Shown piece after piece: positions 35,269-49,036 of a stretch of DNA of 64,000 nt. The notes below the pieces were generated by a model. It ran no database searches. It had not been told where the DNA came from and saw nothing but the letters and a program-made list of their open reading frames with translations. The first letter of the stretch is position 1, and each line of letters starts with the position of its first letter. This stretch comes from Squalus acanthias. Taxonomy: Eukaryota. The stretch is from assembly GCA_030390025.1 (NCBI GenBank), contig CM059445.1:9362001-9426000 (forward strand), given 5' to 3'. A program made the translations under genes and the position numbers.

Positions 35269-38049
35269 CTGCAAACAGCATCACACAACAAGATTTGGAC
35301 CAAACACTTTGGTACCGGTACACAGGTACAACACAGAGAATAAAATTACTCTAGTTTGGCACGTGGGATCAGATGCAAGGTTTCTGCAAATTTAAAAAGA
35401 AAAGAAAAGCAGCTGTAGGAAAACAAAAAAAAAACCATTCACAGTTTGTGACTGCTCTTGTGAAGGCCATTAATCTGAAGAGACTTTAGCAAATGTTTGG
35501 AAACATTTGGATTCTGCAATAGTGAGGTCATGATAACACTGTTTTAATTACAGATTAAATCACTTAAAAAAAAAATGCATGAGAGAAGTAGATAGACAGA
35601 GTATGGGGTTCAATTCATTGCTACAAGTTCCAATCACAGTTAGGCTGCTCTAAAGAGCTGTACAGGCCAGAGGGTAGGGGAGAAAAAACAAAGTAATCCC
35701 TGGTCACTGCTCCCGATAACTTACAAAGAGCAACAACCTCAAAAGTCAGCTATAGTCAGCGCAGGCCCCAGGGATTCGGAGGAAAAAACCCAAAAAATGT
35801 AAATATCTTATCCGCTTCTGCCATTAAAAAAAACCTTGGACCAAGTAAAACCTTCATTTCTTTTTAACTGCTTTCTCCCAGAGCAAAAGGGTGGAGGACG
35901 AGCCGCTGTAAAGCCTCCAAAACCACCGTAAACGAGCTGCCACGAGGGCCAGAGATTTCCACGCTCTCTGAGGAAGTATTTTGTATTTCCCCACGGTGAC
36001 ATGGTTGGCATTATGGACTCAGCACAGGGAGTGACACAAGCCTCACCAAGTGGCAGGACAGAAGTCGTGTTTCAGTGCTCCGCCTGATTTTGTTGGGTAT
36101 TTTTTTTTCTGTAGTCAATCACAAATATGTTCACGTCCAGATGGCAAAGACAGGTTTCATATTACATCATGACATCACTACTCTGCAATCAGCAAGTTTT
36201 GCAAAATTAAAAAAATCAATTTCACTGGAAAAGACTTGAGTCAGGTTCAATATTTAAAAGGAAACAGTGTACCTCTGAAAACCAGCTGTTGCTTTGACCC
36301 CTGGGTTAAGAAGCCCCAATGACATCATCAGTCCACCAGTGCGTGCCCATACACAAGTGGAATGATGATATAACTGAGCAGATCATTTACCGATGATCAC
36401 TTTTGCAAACTGAAAAGTGCAAATATCTTCCAACGGGGTAAGAACAACGCATACAACACTGAAGAACAAGTTACAGAAGAACAGACCACCCAGATCATGT
36501 TGGTTTAGGAACATAACACACAATTATATATACTGTCCCAAAAATCAACATTTTTGCACTGAAACTCCTATGATAATCTACGAGCCAATTGGCAGTCTAG
36601 TTTATTTGTAAATAGTGAAAATTCTCAAAAATGCTTTTTTCTTTTTAACATGGAGGCACATTTTCTCAAGTAGAGTTCTGCACAGCAAGTCCTTCCCCCC
36701 TCCCCCCCCCATATATAAAATCTCACAAATGTGGATATCAATGGCCTTCATGACAAAGAACATTGGAAGTGCAAGAACCAAATTGTGTGTAGAATCTCAA
36801 ATGTCGAGTGTTTAAAAGTTGTCTTGGGAGAAGGGGAGAAAAGACTGTGGCCTGGGAGCTGGAAGAAACCCCGAACCACAACCACGAATAGACTCACAGA
36901 TGTTCAGCAGTGTTGGCTGCCAAAAGAAAGAGCATGTGAATTCAGAGCCCAGTCGCACAGCCTCCGTCAAATCATTGGCACGGAAAACACCAAATTAACC
37001 GAGCAGCTGGTCGGAGTTGCTCCACTTTCTCCCAACAGGGATATAATTTTTATTTTAAGCACTTGCCTCGTGGACAGTACGTTTTAACGTATTATGGAAT
37101 GGCATTTGGGAATGTACGAAAATGAAAACTGCCAAAATCGGAGCCAGAATGAGTTGTCCAAGGCTGCCGACCCACAAGCATTTTCCCAGTTCTATATATG
37201 AAATGAGAAATAAAATACATATTTTATGAGGTTATTCAAATGGTGACGTAGCCCATTAGACAATGGCAAAGATGTAACATGGCATGACAAGTTTCAAAGA
37301 GAAATGGGGGGGGGGGGAGAGAGAGAGAAGGAGAGGAGAAAGATTTAGCTTTTCTATTTCTTTAATTTATTTTAATCTAAGCTTACCAAAACCTAGCCTA
37401 ATTCCACAATCCAATCCTAAAGAATTCGAGCTAATATTGAAAGCAGCAGTCAGGTACAGATACCACACAATTTCACACAGAAGACAGTCATCGCAGGCCC
37501 GCAAATGCAAGAGTAGCTCTCTCGCTCTGATTAACACTGTCCAAGTGCCATGTACGTTATTGCTAATGGCATGTATGCATTCCTGCCGTGGCAATATATT
37601 TGGCTTGCCTGGGGCACCACCTTGTAGGTCTGGCTGAGGCTCATCAGAAGTCAGCTCAACTGCAGCTGAATTGGGTGGAGGGGGTTGGTGGAAGGAAATG
37701 TTTTCCCCTCGGGAACATATCAATTATAATTTGATATATTTACATGTACTTATGACCCACCATAACACAAGCGATTTAATAACCTCAATTATTTTTAACA
37801 GCACTCCCCCCCCCACCCTGAAGTAAAATCTAAGTAGTCAGCTAATGGCACAGTGGCAAAATGTGCTGGGTCGTGTGGGGACTCAGGTTTGCAACTGCAG
37901 CTGTGCCCACAATGAGATGCCAATCTGTACCAGACACGATGGCTGATACAACACGAGCAAGTAGACAAAGGGAGGGGAAGATAAAGGGAGATAAATAATC
38001 TTGGAACAATCTTACATGCCTCTCCAGTAACGAGCTGCAAATAAAATGC

Positions 38050-38215
38050 CCAAGAGTAGGACTGAGATCGATAATTTTTTTTGGACACCAAGGGATAAAG
38101 GGATAGGGCAAGAAAGTGTTGAGGTAGAAGATCAGTCATGATCTTATTGAATGGCGGAGCAGGCTCGAGGGACCGTGTGGCCTACTCCTGCTGCTATTTT
38201 TTATGTTCTTATGTC
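38050..38215 (+). mobile_element. CR1 3' tail
   Basis: gatcttattgaatggcggagcaggctcgagg...cctactcctgct...ttatgttcttatg. Confidence 0.8.
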
Positions 38216-38264
38216 TCTGTCAATCATGTTGATCAGAGAGAGGGGTCAAGAAAAAAGATTGTGA

Positions 38265-38682
38265 GCCACGTAGAGTTACATTCCATCACCTCTGGGACCT
38301 GGGTTCAATCTAACCTGGATTGGTAGGATTAAAGCCTCTCAATTAGCATGGTCCAAAGGAAAATTAGTTTCTGTAGTTTTAACTCCCCATAGACATAGGC
38401 CCACAAGAACAAAATTGCCCATAAATTGGTACTAAATTGGTAATCTCAGAAAGGACACCGGGATAGTTCATGAGAGAAATGGAAAAGGGGACTCTGGTGC
38501 TGTACAGGATGTTCTTCTGATGTTGGGAGTTAAGGAACAGTGTTTGGGTCGAGCTTTACTCTGCCTCTGGGTATACGGCATATGAATTAGGAGTGTGTGA
38601 TGTTGACCCTAGGTTCCTAAAACAAATAAGGGTCCCCATTACTCTGCACTAACATCCTTCCACATGACGAGCACAAAAAAAC
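38265..38682 (+). mobile_element. LF-SINE-like element, diverged
   Basis: tcacctctgggacctgggttcaatc head, aaattggtactaaattgg core and acgagcac end resemble my recollection of the LF-SINE consensus. Not verified by search. Confidence 0.5.
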
Positions 38683-39779
38683 ATTAAACATATTGAGGTG
38701 AAGGATAGTTTCAAATTAATGTTTACCAGACGAATTCAATCTTAAATTTCCTGACAAGTGTGTGCCCAGAGTATCTGAAAACTAATGGAAAATAAAAGGG
38801 ACAAAACGGAATGTGTCTTGCAGATAGCTGTGGCAGCAAGACTGAATTTGGTTTTAAACTGGTACTTGTCCAGAGGGAGTTTTTGGAACAGATCTTACTC
38901 ACACTTGTATAGACTCAACGGGCTCAGAATTCTTCTAACCTCAAGAATTTTGGGCCAGTAACCTCCAACCCGCAGTCAAGCCGCAACAACGTTTCCAGAA
39001 TTTGAGATTCATCCGTTGTTGACGATACTCTGCAGCAGCGACTGATACTGCATTTGGCCCCTGCGCAATATCACAATCTGACTTCCTGCAGAGCCACGTG
39101 CTAGACCACAGAGGAAGTTTCCAATTCATTTCTGTGGGTTATAATTTTTCCAGTTTGAAACACGAAGAGGATCCGAAGATACCAATGCTTTGTAGTATGC
39201 TGCAACAAAACATGCGACAGCATAAGCTAAACACAGCATAACTCCACAGAAGTAACCTGGCCATAGAACAGGTTGCAACAGTGAGGTCCACAGAAATTAG
39301 ATTGCGTGTCCAATTTTATGGCAAATGCTTGCTCTGTTCGGCAGAGTGAGCAACTTCCATCTCTATTCCCGTTGATTGATATTTGATGCTGGATTTTTTA
39401 ATTAATTACTCGAGCTTGAATATTTGGCAGATGCTATTCCAAATTCCCACTTAAAAGGTTAGTAAAGCATCTCAGCACTACGACCTAACAAGCAAGCGTG
39501 AAGTCAACAGAGAGCAATTTTCCCTGCATCAAGTGAGCTAGTTTTCCTCCCACGCCAATTACCTCTTCCCACCCTGCCTCATATCCTTCTATTCCAGTGT
39601 TGTCCAAAAGAAATCGCTGACTTACCAAGGGCATGCGACATATCATCTTATTAGCCACTTGCACTAATTTTAGTAGATAATGCCTTACAGGGTCAACCTC
39701 ACATGCATATTTAATTAAAACACTCAGTGCAAAACTTTGCAGTATTGCTCTTTCACTGAAGTGTGGAATTCTGGCATGA

Positions 39780-41410
39780 ATTTATCAGACACAGATTCTA
39801 ATATCTTTCCAACCACTGATGTTAAGCTCACTTGTTTATAGTTCCCTGGATTCTCATTCTTGTTTTCAAATCCCTCCATGGCCTCGCCCCTCCCCACCTC
39901 TAATCTCCACCAGCCCTACAAACCTCCGAGATCTCTGCGCTCCTCCAATTCTGGCCTCTTGAGCATTTCTGATTTTCATCGCTCCACCATTGGCGGCCGT
40001 GCCTTCAGCTGCCTCGGCCCTAAGCTCTGGAATTCCCTCCCTAAACCTCTCTCTCCTCCTTTAAGACGCTCCTTAAAATCTCTCTCTTTGACCAAGCTTT
40101 TGGTCATCTGCCCTAATATCTCATGTGGCTCGGTGTCAAATTTTGTTTGTTAGCGCTCCTGTGAAGGGCCTTGGGACGTTTTACTATGCGAGAGGCGCTG
40201 TATAAATACAAGTTGTTGTTGTTGATTAAATCTATCTCCCTTTTTGAAGACAGGAATTACATTTGCTGTTTGAAACTCCTCTATTCCTTTTCCTATTGAA
40301 TTTTTATATATGCATACTAGTGCTTTGCTATTGCCTCCATAGATTCTGAGTATCCGCAGTTTCAATCCGTCTGAACCGGAGGCTTGGTCCTGAAATTTGA
40401 CGAGTATGTCTCATATCTCTGTCCTTCATATCCCTCTAGATTACTACTACTGTTGTCATTTCCTCTTTATCCTCTGCAGTAAAAAACTGAGGCAAAGTAC
40501 TTATCCCTGCCATTTCAGTATCATCTCCTGAGACTTTATCTTGCTCATCCCTTAGAGGCCCTAACCCTATGTTAATTATCCTTCTGTTGCTTATGTGCCG
40601 ATAGAATACTTCACTATTTCTTTATATTCTTCAATACATCCATTTCATATTTATTCTTTGTCTTCCTAAACTCATCATATTCCCTTTTGTCATTCGTTCC
40701 TTAATTGTTGATGCACCTTGCGTATGCCTTTTTCTTTAGATTATCTGACTCTACTAGGCTCCCCCAACCCTACTGACTAGTCAGTCACACACTCCTCTTC
40801 CTGTATCTCTCTTATGTGCTGTGACTGTGTTCTGGAGTAAACAATCCAGATATTCATCTCCCTCCCTCAGAGTGTTTGCGCTCCAGCTTAACCGACTGAG
40901 CTGAAGTGACTCAAGGCATAGACATTTCCCACAGGTGACGTCATCTATGACAGTCTCATTGTCCACCTAGTCCCACATTCTGCAGCTCTGACACACTGGC
41001 TGCGCTCCCATTATCTACTTTATCTATTTATTTACTGTAGCGTTATCTACCTATTTCTAGTGATAGTCATTTAGTATTAAATACAAATTAGTTAACAGAT
41101 GGATTTAGTTTGATTTCTGTTAGTTATTGCTCTGTTTAGGTTATTTAACCTACTCCCTCTATTGTGACATCAGTTTCTACTGAACTAGTTACTGATAGCT
41201 GACATAGATTTTTTCCCCTCGTCCTTATTTATTAATTACTTTCTTAAGTAAAGTAGCCCTTTAATCTACTGCAGAGTTAAATATGGTGTCAATAAATAAT
41301 TGAACACTTAGCTGCTATTCCCCAGGCTCTGCCGCTCCTCCCTGCGTCAGTTACGACGTCAATTTACCAAATCTTTCCTCGTGCTGTTTTAAATCCTCTC
41401 TCCGGGCCTT
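39780..41410 (-). mobile_element. Internally deleted CR1 retaining 5' UTR, ORF1 zinc finger and mid-ORF2
   Basis: ATG at 41011: MGAQPVCQSCRMWD*VDNETVIDDVTCGKCLCLESL (CR1 ORF1 CxxC..CxxC). Then ORF2 pieces VFYRHI...GLGPLRD...YFASVF, ANVIPVFKKGDRFN and NPGNYKQVSLTSVVGKILES. Confidence 0.8.
39853..40223 (+). mobile_element. L2-type LINE 3' fragment nested in CR1
   Basis: ORF 39860..40153 PPRSLRSSNSGLL...IGGRAFSCLGPKLWNSLP; (GTT)n tail; GATT duplicated at 39849-39852 and 40224-40227. Confidence 0.88.
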
Positions 41411-42663
41411 TGATTTGGGGGGGTGGGGGTGGAAAGGGGATGGGTGGGGAACACAATCTAGTAATAGATTGTTGGGGCTTTACAATGAAAAAGTCGGCGG
41501 CTCACTTCTCAGCCAGCACTTCTAACCGTGGCGACACCGTAAGCAAATTCCTGGCTATGATTCGCCAAGTCTCGCCGTACAGAAATGAGGAAATCCCAGC
41601 ATTCGTCCACTCTGAAATGTCAAGCTGACATTTGGGAGGGAAAAGGGGAAAAAAGCTTTGCTGCGACACCCCCAGAGTTGAACAGACAGCGAACACTCAC
41701 TGGCTGCCTCACACATGAAGAATGGTCATTCTGGCAGGGCATGGGGCAGCTACCGTGAAGCACGTACTGTATCGGACAGGAGTCAACCATTGCAGAGAGC
41801 AGGGAGCGAAAGGAAAATAAAAGGGAGCATTTTGGTAGAGTCAAAAAGCAACTTACAAAAGCAATGTTGCTCATGCTTCACACTCATTATTAAACACAAA
41901 GGTGATTCTCCGGGGCAGTAAGGTTTTTTAAAAAAGACTAAGCCGTGACAACACGCTCAGTGGATTCAAATTGTCCATCGTCGACGAAGGTGACATGAAA
42001 TAAATTATGTGTCTCGTTACCAGTGCTACACACAAGGGACTGGAATTCAGTACGGAAGGCCATTCCAAAAGGTCTTGCACTGCTAACACTAATTTCTGAA
42101 AGGTCAATTAACAAGCCTCGATCAAGCTTTGCTTAAAGCGCTCCTACTTCAATCTATCGCAGCCAGCAGAAAGACAGAAAATCTTTTCTCTTTCAGATGC
42201 CTCTCCTGCATTTTCTGTTTTTATTTCAGGCTTCTAGCATTTGCGACTTTTCTTCTATTTTGAGCTAATATGTGGTCACTGTTTCAACAAACCAGTCATG
42301 GCACAAATGAAGTGCCTCATCACTCCATAGAATGGCAATGACATGGCTTAGGGCCCAGGAAAGAAACAAGCATCCAAGAAACAGTCACCCCAAGTCCGTC
42401 TTGTACACCAACCAACAGCCGGCTTTCAGAGGTAATACTAGGGAAAGTCTAGAGGGGGGGGGGGGGGAAAGCTCCCTACACACCTTGCAGTCAGGAAATC
42501 GTGTGCGGCATGGTAAGTGAAGAACAGTTGTAGTAAAGAGAGGGAATGATTGATATATTGAGGATGGCTTGTGTAGATTGTGCGCATGAATCAAATGCAT
42601 GAATTTTTAGATCAATTTTATATAGTTAGTGACAATCAGCCATTCTCTTATCCGCTAGGGTTA

Positions 42664-43104
<441 letters not shown>

Positions 43105-44737
43105 TCAACATTTATGGTACAGGACACCAAGAAATCTGAACAGTAGGAGATGTGATGGAGGTAAATTAAGGAATTTCTTTTGTTAAAGTGCAGACTTTAG
43201 GAGAGATAAAAACAGAGGGCGGTAAGGAGTCCTGCTAAAACAAGCAATTTAACAGTCAAAATGGCCCAGACTCTCGCTATTAGGACCTATTTAAAAATCA
43301 ACATTTAACGGTCAACATTTTTCAGTCTGCTCTTTCCAATTGTCTTTTTAAATTATTTTTTTGATTCTAGAGTGAACAGAGGTGACTCCTTGAGTACTGC
43401 CCAACAGTTGTGAGGGAGACAAATTTATACCTGTGGAGACAGTGAACCTATGAGGGCTTCAGAATGAACCACAAATTAAGTCAGCTCCCTGTTGGGCTCA
43501 AGTCACCTTTTCTCACCTGTACCCCCCCCAAGTGATGTAATCACAACTACCCAAACAAATATTAAATAGGAGAGAGACAGAAACGATGTTAATCATAATA
43601 CTTTGTAATAATTTGAGGGTTTTTTTTAATTAAAAAAGGGCCCCGATTTTAAAGACAAATTATGTCATATTATCTGCACTCTGGGGGGTGGCGAGAGGTT
43701 CGCGTTGCCCCATCCCCTCCGAGAGCCACTTTGATGAGTTATAAATTCTGGTTACAAGTAGCCTGCAAACAGACATCTTCTGTTGGCGCCCCCCCCCCCC
43801 CCGCCCCCATGCGAAGCCCTGAACAGCAATCTGAGTGTCTTTGTCTAGCAGTCCTCATTCAGGTCAGAAGGGGGGAATTCTATACAAAACATCCACTTCA
43901 AGGTTGTTTCTAACTCACAATTCTAATATAAACACGAGTAAACAAATGAGCACTCTCAGACACTGACGAGCATATATTTATCCTCCCTTGTAACCTTTAG
44001 GGTTAGGTGGCAATTCAATAAATATACTTCCTCTTCAAATCCCACTTGTTACAATTACCCACCTCATTTACATCATCATCCATTAACTCCACTCCTGTGC
44101 TTAAACTGGATTGATTTGCTAAGGTCAGCTGAATGGTCAACTGAAAACTTCACTTTTGGAGGAAAGTTTAATATTTTCCTCAGTAATTCCCACACGTGCT
44201 CACCTCTACAAAATCTCCCATTAGCTCAACCAGCAGTGGTTGAAACCACAGATTCCACAAAGCTCGAAAAGCATCCTTCCAGAAATCTGCTTGCTCTAAA
44301 TAAAAGGGGAATTCTGACACTTCATCCATCTAAATGAGATAATTTAAGAGTTCTCCCACACTACACACAATATTGATAGCTCTACACAACTTTCTGATCA
44401 CAAAACAATTTTATGACATCCTGTGTGCATCACATGGCTTATTATGAAACCACGTTCTCTGTCTTTAAGTAATTAAGGCACCAACCATTTTTTATTTCAG
44501 ATAAATCATTGTACACTGCCTTAAAGCAAACATTTCAGAAAGGGAGCAAAGTAAAAAACCTTCTATATTAATCTCTGGGTTCCGACAATGTTCGCAAATC
44601 ACTGAAGCTGAAAAGTTGGTTACTTCCAGCTATCCAAAGGTGTAACCTTCCACATTCTTCAAAGGCAGGACAATATCCATATACAAGAAAGGATCATCCA
44701 TCCATTCATATGGGTGGAAACAGAAAAAGGATACAAG

Positions 44738-45897
44738 TTTTTTTTTAATTCATTCTCAGGATGTGGGCATTGCTAGCAAGGCCAGCATTTGTTGTCCATC
44801 CCTAGTTGCTTGAGAAGGTGGTGGTGAGCTGCCTTCTTGAGCCACTGCAGTCCATGTGAAGGTACTCCCACAGTGCTGCTAGGTAGGGAGTTCCAGGATT
44901 TTGACCCAGCAACAATGAAGGACTGGTGACATATTTCCAAGCCTGGATGGTATGCGACTTGGAGGGGAACCTGGAGATCTATTCCCATGCACCCAGTGCC
45001 CTTGTTCTTCTAGGTGGTGGAGGTTGCGGGTTTGGGAGGTGCTATCGAAGTAGTCTTGGCATGGTGCTGCAGGGCATCCTATAGGTAGTACACACTGTAG
45101 CCACGGTGGAGGGAGTGGATGTTTGAGGTGGTGGCTGGACTGCCGATGAGTTGGACTGCTTTGTCCTGGATGGTGTCAAGCTTCAAGTGTTGTTGCAGCT
45201 GCACCCATCCAGGCAAGAGGAGAGTATTCCATCACATTTCTGACTTGTGCCTTGTAGGTGGTGGAGAGACTTTGGGGAGGTGGATGCGAGTCACTCGTCG
45301 CAGAATTCACAGCCTCTGACCTACTCTAGTAGCCAAGGCATTTATGTGGGCAGTCCATTAGTGTTTCTGGTCAATGGCAACCCTCCAGGATGTTGATGGT
45401 GGAGAATTTGGCGATGGTGATGCCATTGAATGTCAAGGAGAGATGGCTGGACTCTCTCTTGTTGGAGATGGTCATTGCCTGGCACTTGTGTGGCGCAAAT
45501 GTTACTTGCCACTTATCAGCCAAAGCCTGGATGTTGTCCAGGTCTTGCTGCATGCAGGCACGGACTGCTTCTGAGGAATTGCGAATGGAGCTGAATACTG
45601 TGCAATCATCAGTGACCATCCCCACTTCTGACCTTATGATGGAGGGAATATCATTGATGAATGCAGCTGAAGTTAATTGGGCCTAGGACACTGCCCTAAG
45701 GAACTCCTGCAGCAATGTCCTGGGGCAGAGATGATTGGCCTCCAACAACCACCTTCCTTTGTGCTATGATTCCAGCCACTGGACAGTTTTCTCTCTGATC
45801 ACCATTGACTTCATTTTTACTGGGGCTCCTTGTTGCCCACATTAGTCGAATGCTGCCTTGATGTCAAGGGCAGTCACTCTCACCTCACCTCTAGGAT
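44738..45897 (-). mobile_element. CR1/L2-clade LINE fragment, same family as 28184-29393
   Basis: ORF 45371..45625 (TDDCTVFS...MQQDLDNIQALADKWQVTFAPHKCQ) and a matching 3' tail. Confidence 0.9.
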
Positions 45898-46305
45898 TAA
45901 GCTGTCAGATGACAGCTTGTACTTCGTTGACACAGGAGACGAAAAGAAAGATCTGCTCCCTAATAAAGGAAAATTGAAGCCTCTGCAGATCGACCTAATT
46001 CTAGTTCCAGCACAGCTAGTTCTGGAGCACAGATCTTCAGAGGTACAGCCAGGATTATTATTGGAACACGTAGTCTTTGCTGTGTCCAGTGCACTCATGT
46101 TTCTTGATATCACGTGGAGTGCTGCCCCTTTTAAATCTTGATGTATGCCCAGAACACACCCCGAGCTAAACTGTATACCTGCCCTTTCACAATGTTCTCC
46201 AACTTGGGCTACAACCGTAGTAGGTATCAAGTAGGTATAGAGACACCTACACTGGGTCACATAAATGTAAATTAATTTTAAATGTCCAATAGAAGGTGAT
46301 ATACA

Positions 46306-47365
46306 CCTAGATTTTTTGATGAAGTAACAGGGAGGATCGATGAAGGGAATGCAATGGATGTTGTCTACATGGATTTTAGGAAGGCGTTTGACAAAGTACC
46401 ACATAGAAGGCTGGTTAACAAAATTGAGGCTCATGGAATAGGTGGGTCAGTGGCAGCTTGGATAAGGAATTGGCTTATGGACAGAAAACAGCGAATTGTG
46501 GTAAATGGCTGTTTTTCAGACTGGAGGATGGTAGACAGTGGTGTTCCCCAAGGGTCAGTGCTGGGGCCACTGCTTTTTTTGATATATAAAAATGACCTGG
46601 CAGAAGGAACAGGGAGAGGCAATATACACTTAATGGCACAGTTTTAAAGAGTGTGCAGGGACAGAGGGACCTGGGAGTTAATGTGCATAGGTCCCTGAAG
46701 GTGGCAGGACATATTGAGAGAGTGGTTAGCAAAGCATATGGGATCTTGGGCTTCATAAATAGAGGTATTGAGTACAAAAGTAGGGAAGTTATGCTGAACC
46801 TTTATAAAGCGCTGGTTAGGCCACAACTGGAGTATTGCATCCAGTTCTGGTCACCACACTTTAGGAAGGATGTGAAGGCCCTTGAGAGGGTGCAGAGGAG
46901 ATTTACCAGAATGGTTCCGGGGATGGGGAATCTTAGCTACAAGGACAGGTTGGAGAAACTGGATTTGTTTTCATTAAAGCAAAGGAAGTTGAGAGGTGAT
47001 TTGATAGAGGTGTACAAGATTATGACGAGTTTGGATAGGCTAGACAGGGAAAGGCTGTTCCTACTAGTTGATGGTACAAGGACTAAGGGACACAGATTTA
47101 AGGTTTTGGGCAAGAGATTCAGGGGGGATGTGAGGAAAAACTTTACGCAGCGAGTGGTGAGGACCTGGAACTCGCTGCCGACGGAAGTGGTGGAAGCGGA
47201 GACACTCAATGTTTTCAAGGGGAGACTGGATAAGCACTTGAGGGAAATAAACTTGCAGGGCTACGGGGATAGAGCGGGGGAATGGGACTGATTAGATTGC
47301 TCTGCAGAGAGCCGGCACAGACTCGATGGGCCGAATGGCCTCCATCTGTGCCGTTATGACTCTAG
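46306..47365 (+). mobile_element. Young CR1 LINE fragment (RT to 3' end) with internal deletion
   Basis: ORF 46354 ([16 protein letters not shown]...[13 protein letters not shown]) and ORF 46653..47291 (212 aa ORF2 C-terminus). The FADD segment is missing at ~46598. Confidence 0.93.
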
Positions 47366-48812
47366 AGCATCCACAGTATACACCATACAACCCCAGGAAT
47401 CTAAATGTTTGGAGTTTATTTTTGGAGGTACTGATTAACATATTTGGTCTGAAATTGCAAGACTATTGAGCAATCCTGGTGGGTTGAACAGTTTCTTCCT
47501 CCATGATAGACACTGTATATTCTATCTATTTGATGACATTGATACTGTCTTCATTAAGTTGACAAAAAGGCCTCCACAAAGCACATTTGAGCAGAGAGCT
47601 GGAAGCTAGCAATATGTTTCTCTGGCTGGTCTACCAGATTCATGAAGTCTGTCCCAACCACGTAATTTCTAGGAAATGTTAATGTGGGCAAAGTAATCGC
47701 CAAAATATACTGCTTTATCTGTGAGCGCATGAACTTTCCTCCAGTCTTTACTTTAACTATCCTCTACTAATGAAGTTACTTGACAAGACTAATCACTTAA
47801 CTGGAAAGAGCTGTGATTGCTGTTCTCATATGCTCAAGGGATCCTCAAATTGGATCAAAAGGTTGGGGCGGGAAGAGAAGGAGAACCTACCTACGTGTTT
47901 CATTCTTGGGTGTCGCTGGCCAAAAGCTCCCTTGCTATCAGTAATATCTGTCTGAATTGGGATTAGATTCTCCATCATTTCCAATGTGAATGTAGCTGTT
48001 TTGACCAGGGCTGAAGTGTGACATGTCAAGATCACTTCACTGCAACAACATCAGTCAATAATTCAACATGGTAGTCACACGACAGGTATCAAAGTTGGCA
48101 GAGGCCAGACCCAAGCTATATTGGATTTGTGACTTGAGCTGTAGGTAGTTCTAGCCCCAAGGGTCTGAAAACTTCCTCCCCAGACATGATTTGGCAGATT
48201 GTATCCTTTGATGGCTGCACCCAGAAGAAACTGCTGTCTCAAGTCCACATCTTACTAGGAGCTAGAAGCTACAAGGTGCAACGCTCAAGAGGTCAGAACA
48301 TGGAAGAAATCTCTACTGGATATTCTAGCTCAAAACAGCCTTCCACCAGATAAGACTGTTGTGTCAAAGCCCCATACGGAGGTTGGCACTAGCTTCATCA
48401 CCTTTAGGAGCCATGCACATTAGAAAGCAGAAAACACTGAACGCTGGTAGAGCATGAACAGGAGGCCAAAACCCAAGACTAGCATTTAACTGATGCAATA
48501 CCAGTTGGCCAAAGCAGACAGGTCATAGGCTGAAAAGTGCTTTTCACAAAACTGGAGGGGGCACGGGGTGGGAAGCAACTTTCAGATGTTTTTCTACATC
48601 AGTAAGCTTTTAAAAAACTTACATCAAGACCTAAAAGGACTATATCTCTAAATGCTGCTCCCTTGTATGAATGGGAAGAATATCCAATTTGTAGGAGATT
48701 GAAACAGAAATCAGTACAATTGACAACATAGCTGATAGATTATGATTCAACTAACATTTGATCATTTTTCCCAAAATGTGTACAGGGTTAACTTGCAAGT
48801 GAACAGATTTAC

Positions 48813-49036
48813 CTGGTATTTGCATTGTTCTTCTTTGATTTTTTTGGCTGTTGCTCCTTAGCTTTGCTCTTCTTCTTTTCCTCCACTTCCTCTTTCTTTT
48901 TATGCTTTTCCTTTTCTTTGTCCTTTTCCTTTTCTTTCTCTTTCTTTTTCTCTTCCTTCTTGTCTTTCTCCTTTTTCTTTGGTTTTGACAGTTGTGGTTG
49001 GGAAAGGGCAGCCAGCTGCTCGTGTACCGCTTTCAA
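48813..49036 (-). CDS. brd4: BRD4 exon: motif B / basic-residue-enriched (BID) region
   Basis: [74 protein letters not shown]. atgcag acceptor, AG|gtaaat donor, 224 nt, phase 0-2. Confidence 0.96.

Noticed and set aside
45898-46300. Possible DIRS/tyrosine-recombinase relic (HST-stop resembling HSTR on the minus strand)
   Set aside because: One short motif only; no other recombinase or RT motifs could be aligned by eye.
46653-47291. 212-aa ORF as a host gene or active retrotransposon
   Set aside because: CR1 ORF2 C-terminus of a 5'-truncated copy lacking the RT catalytic motif.
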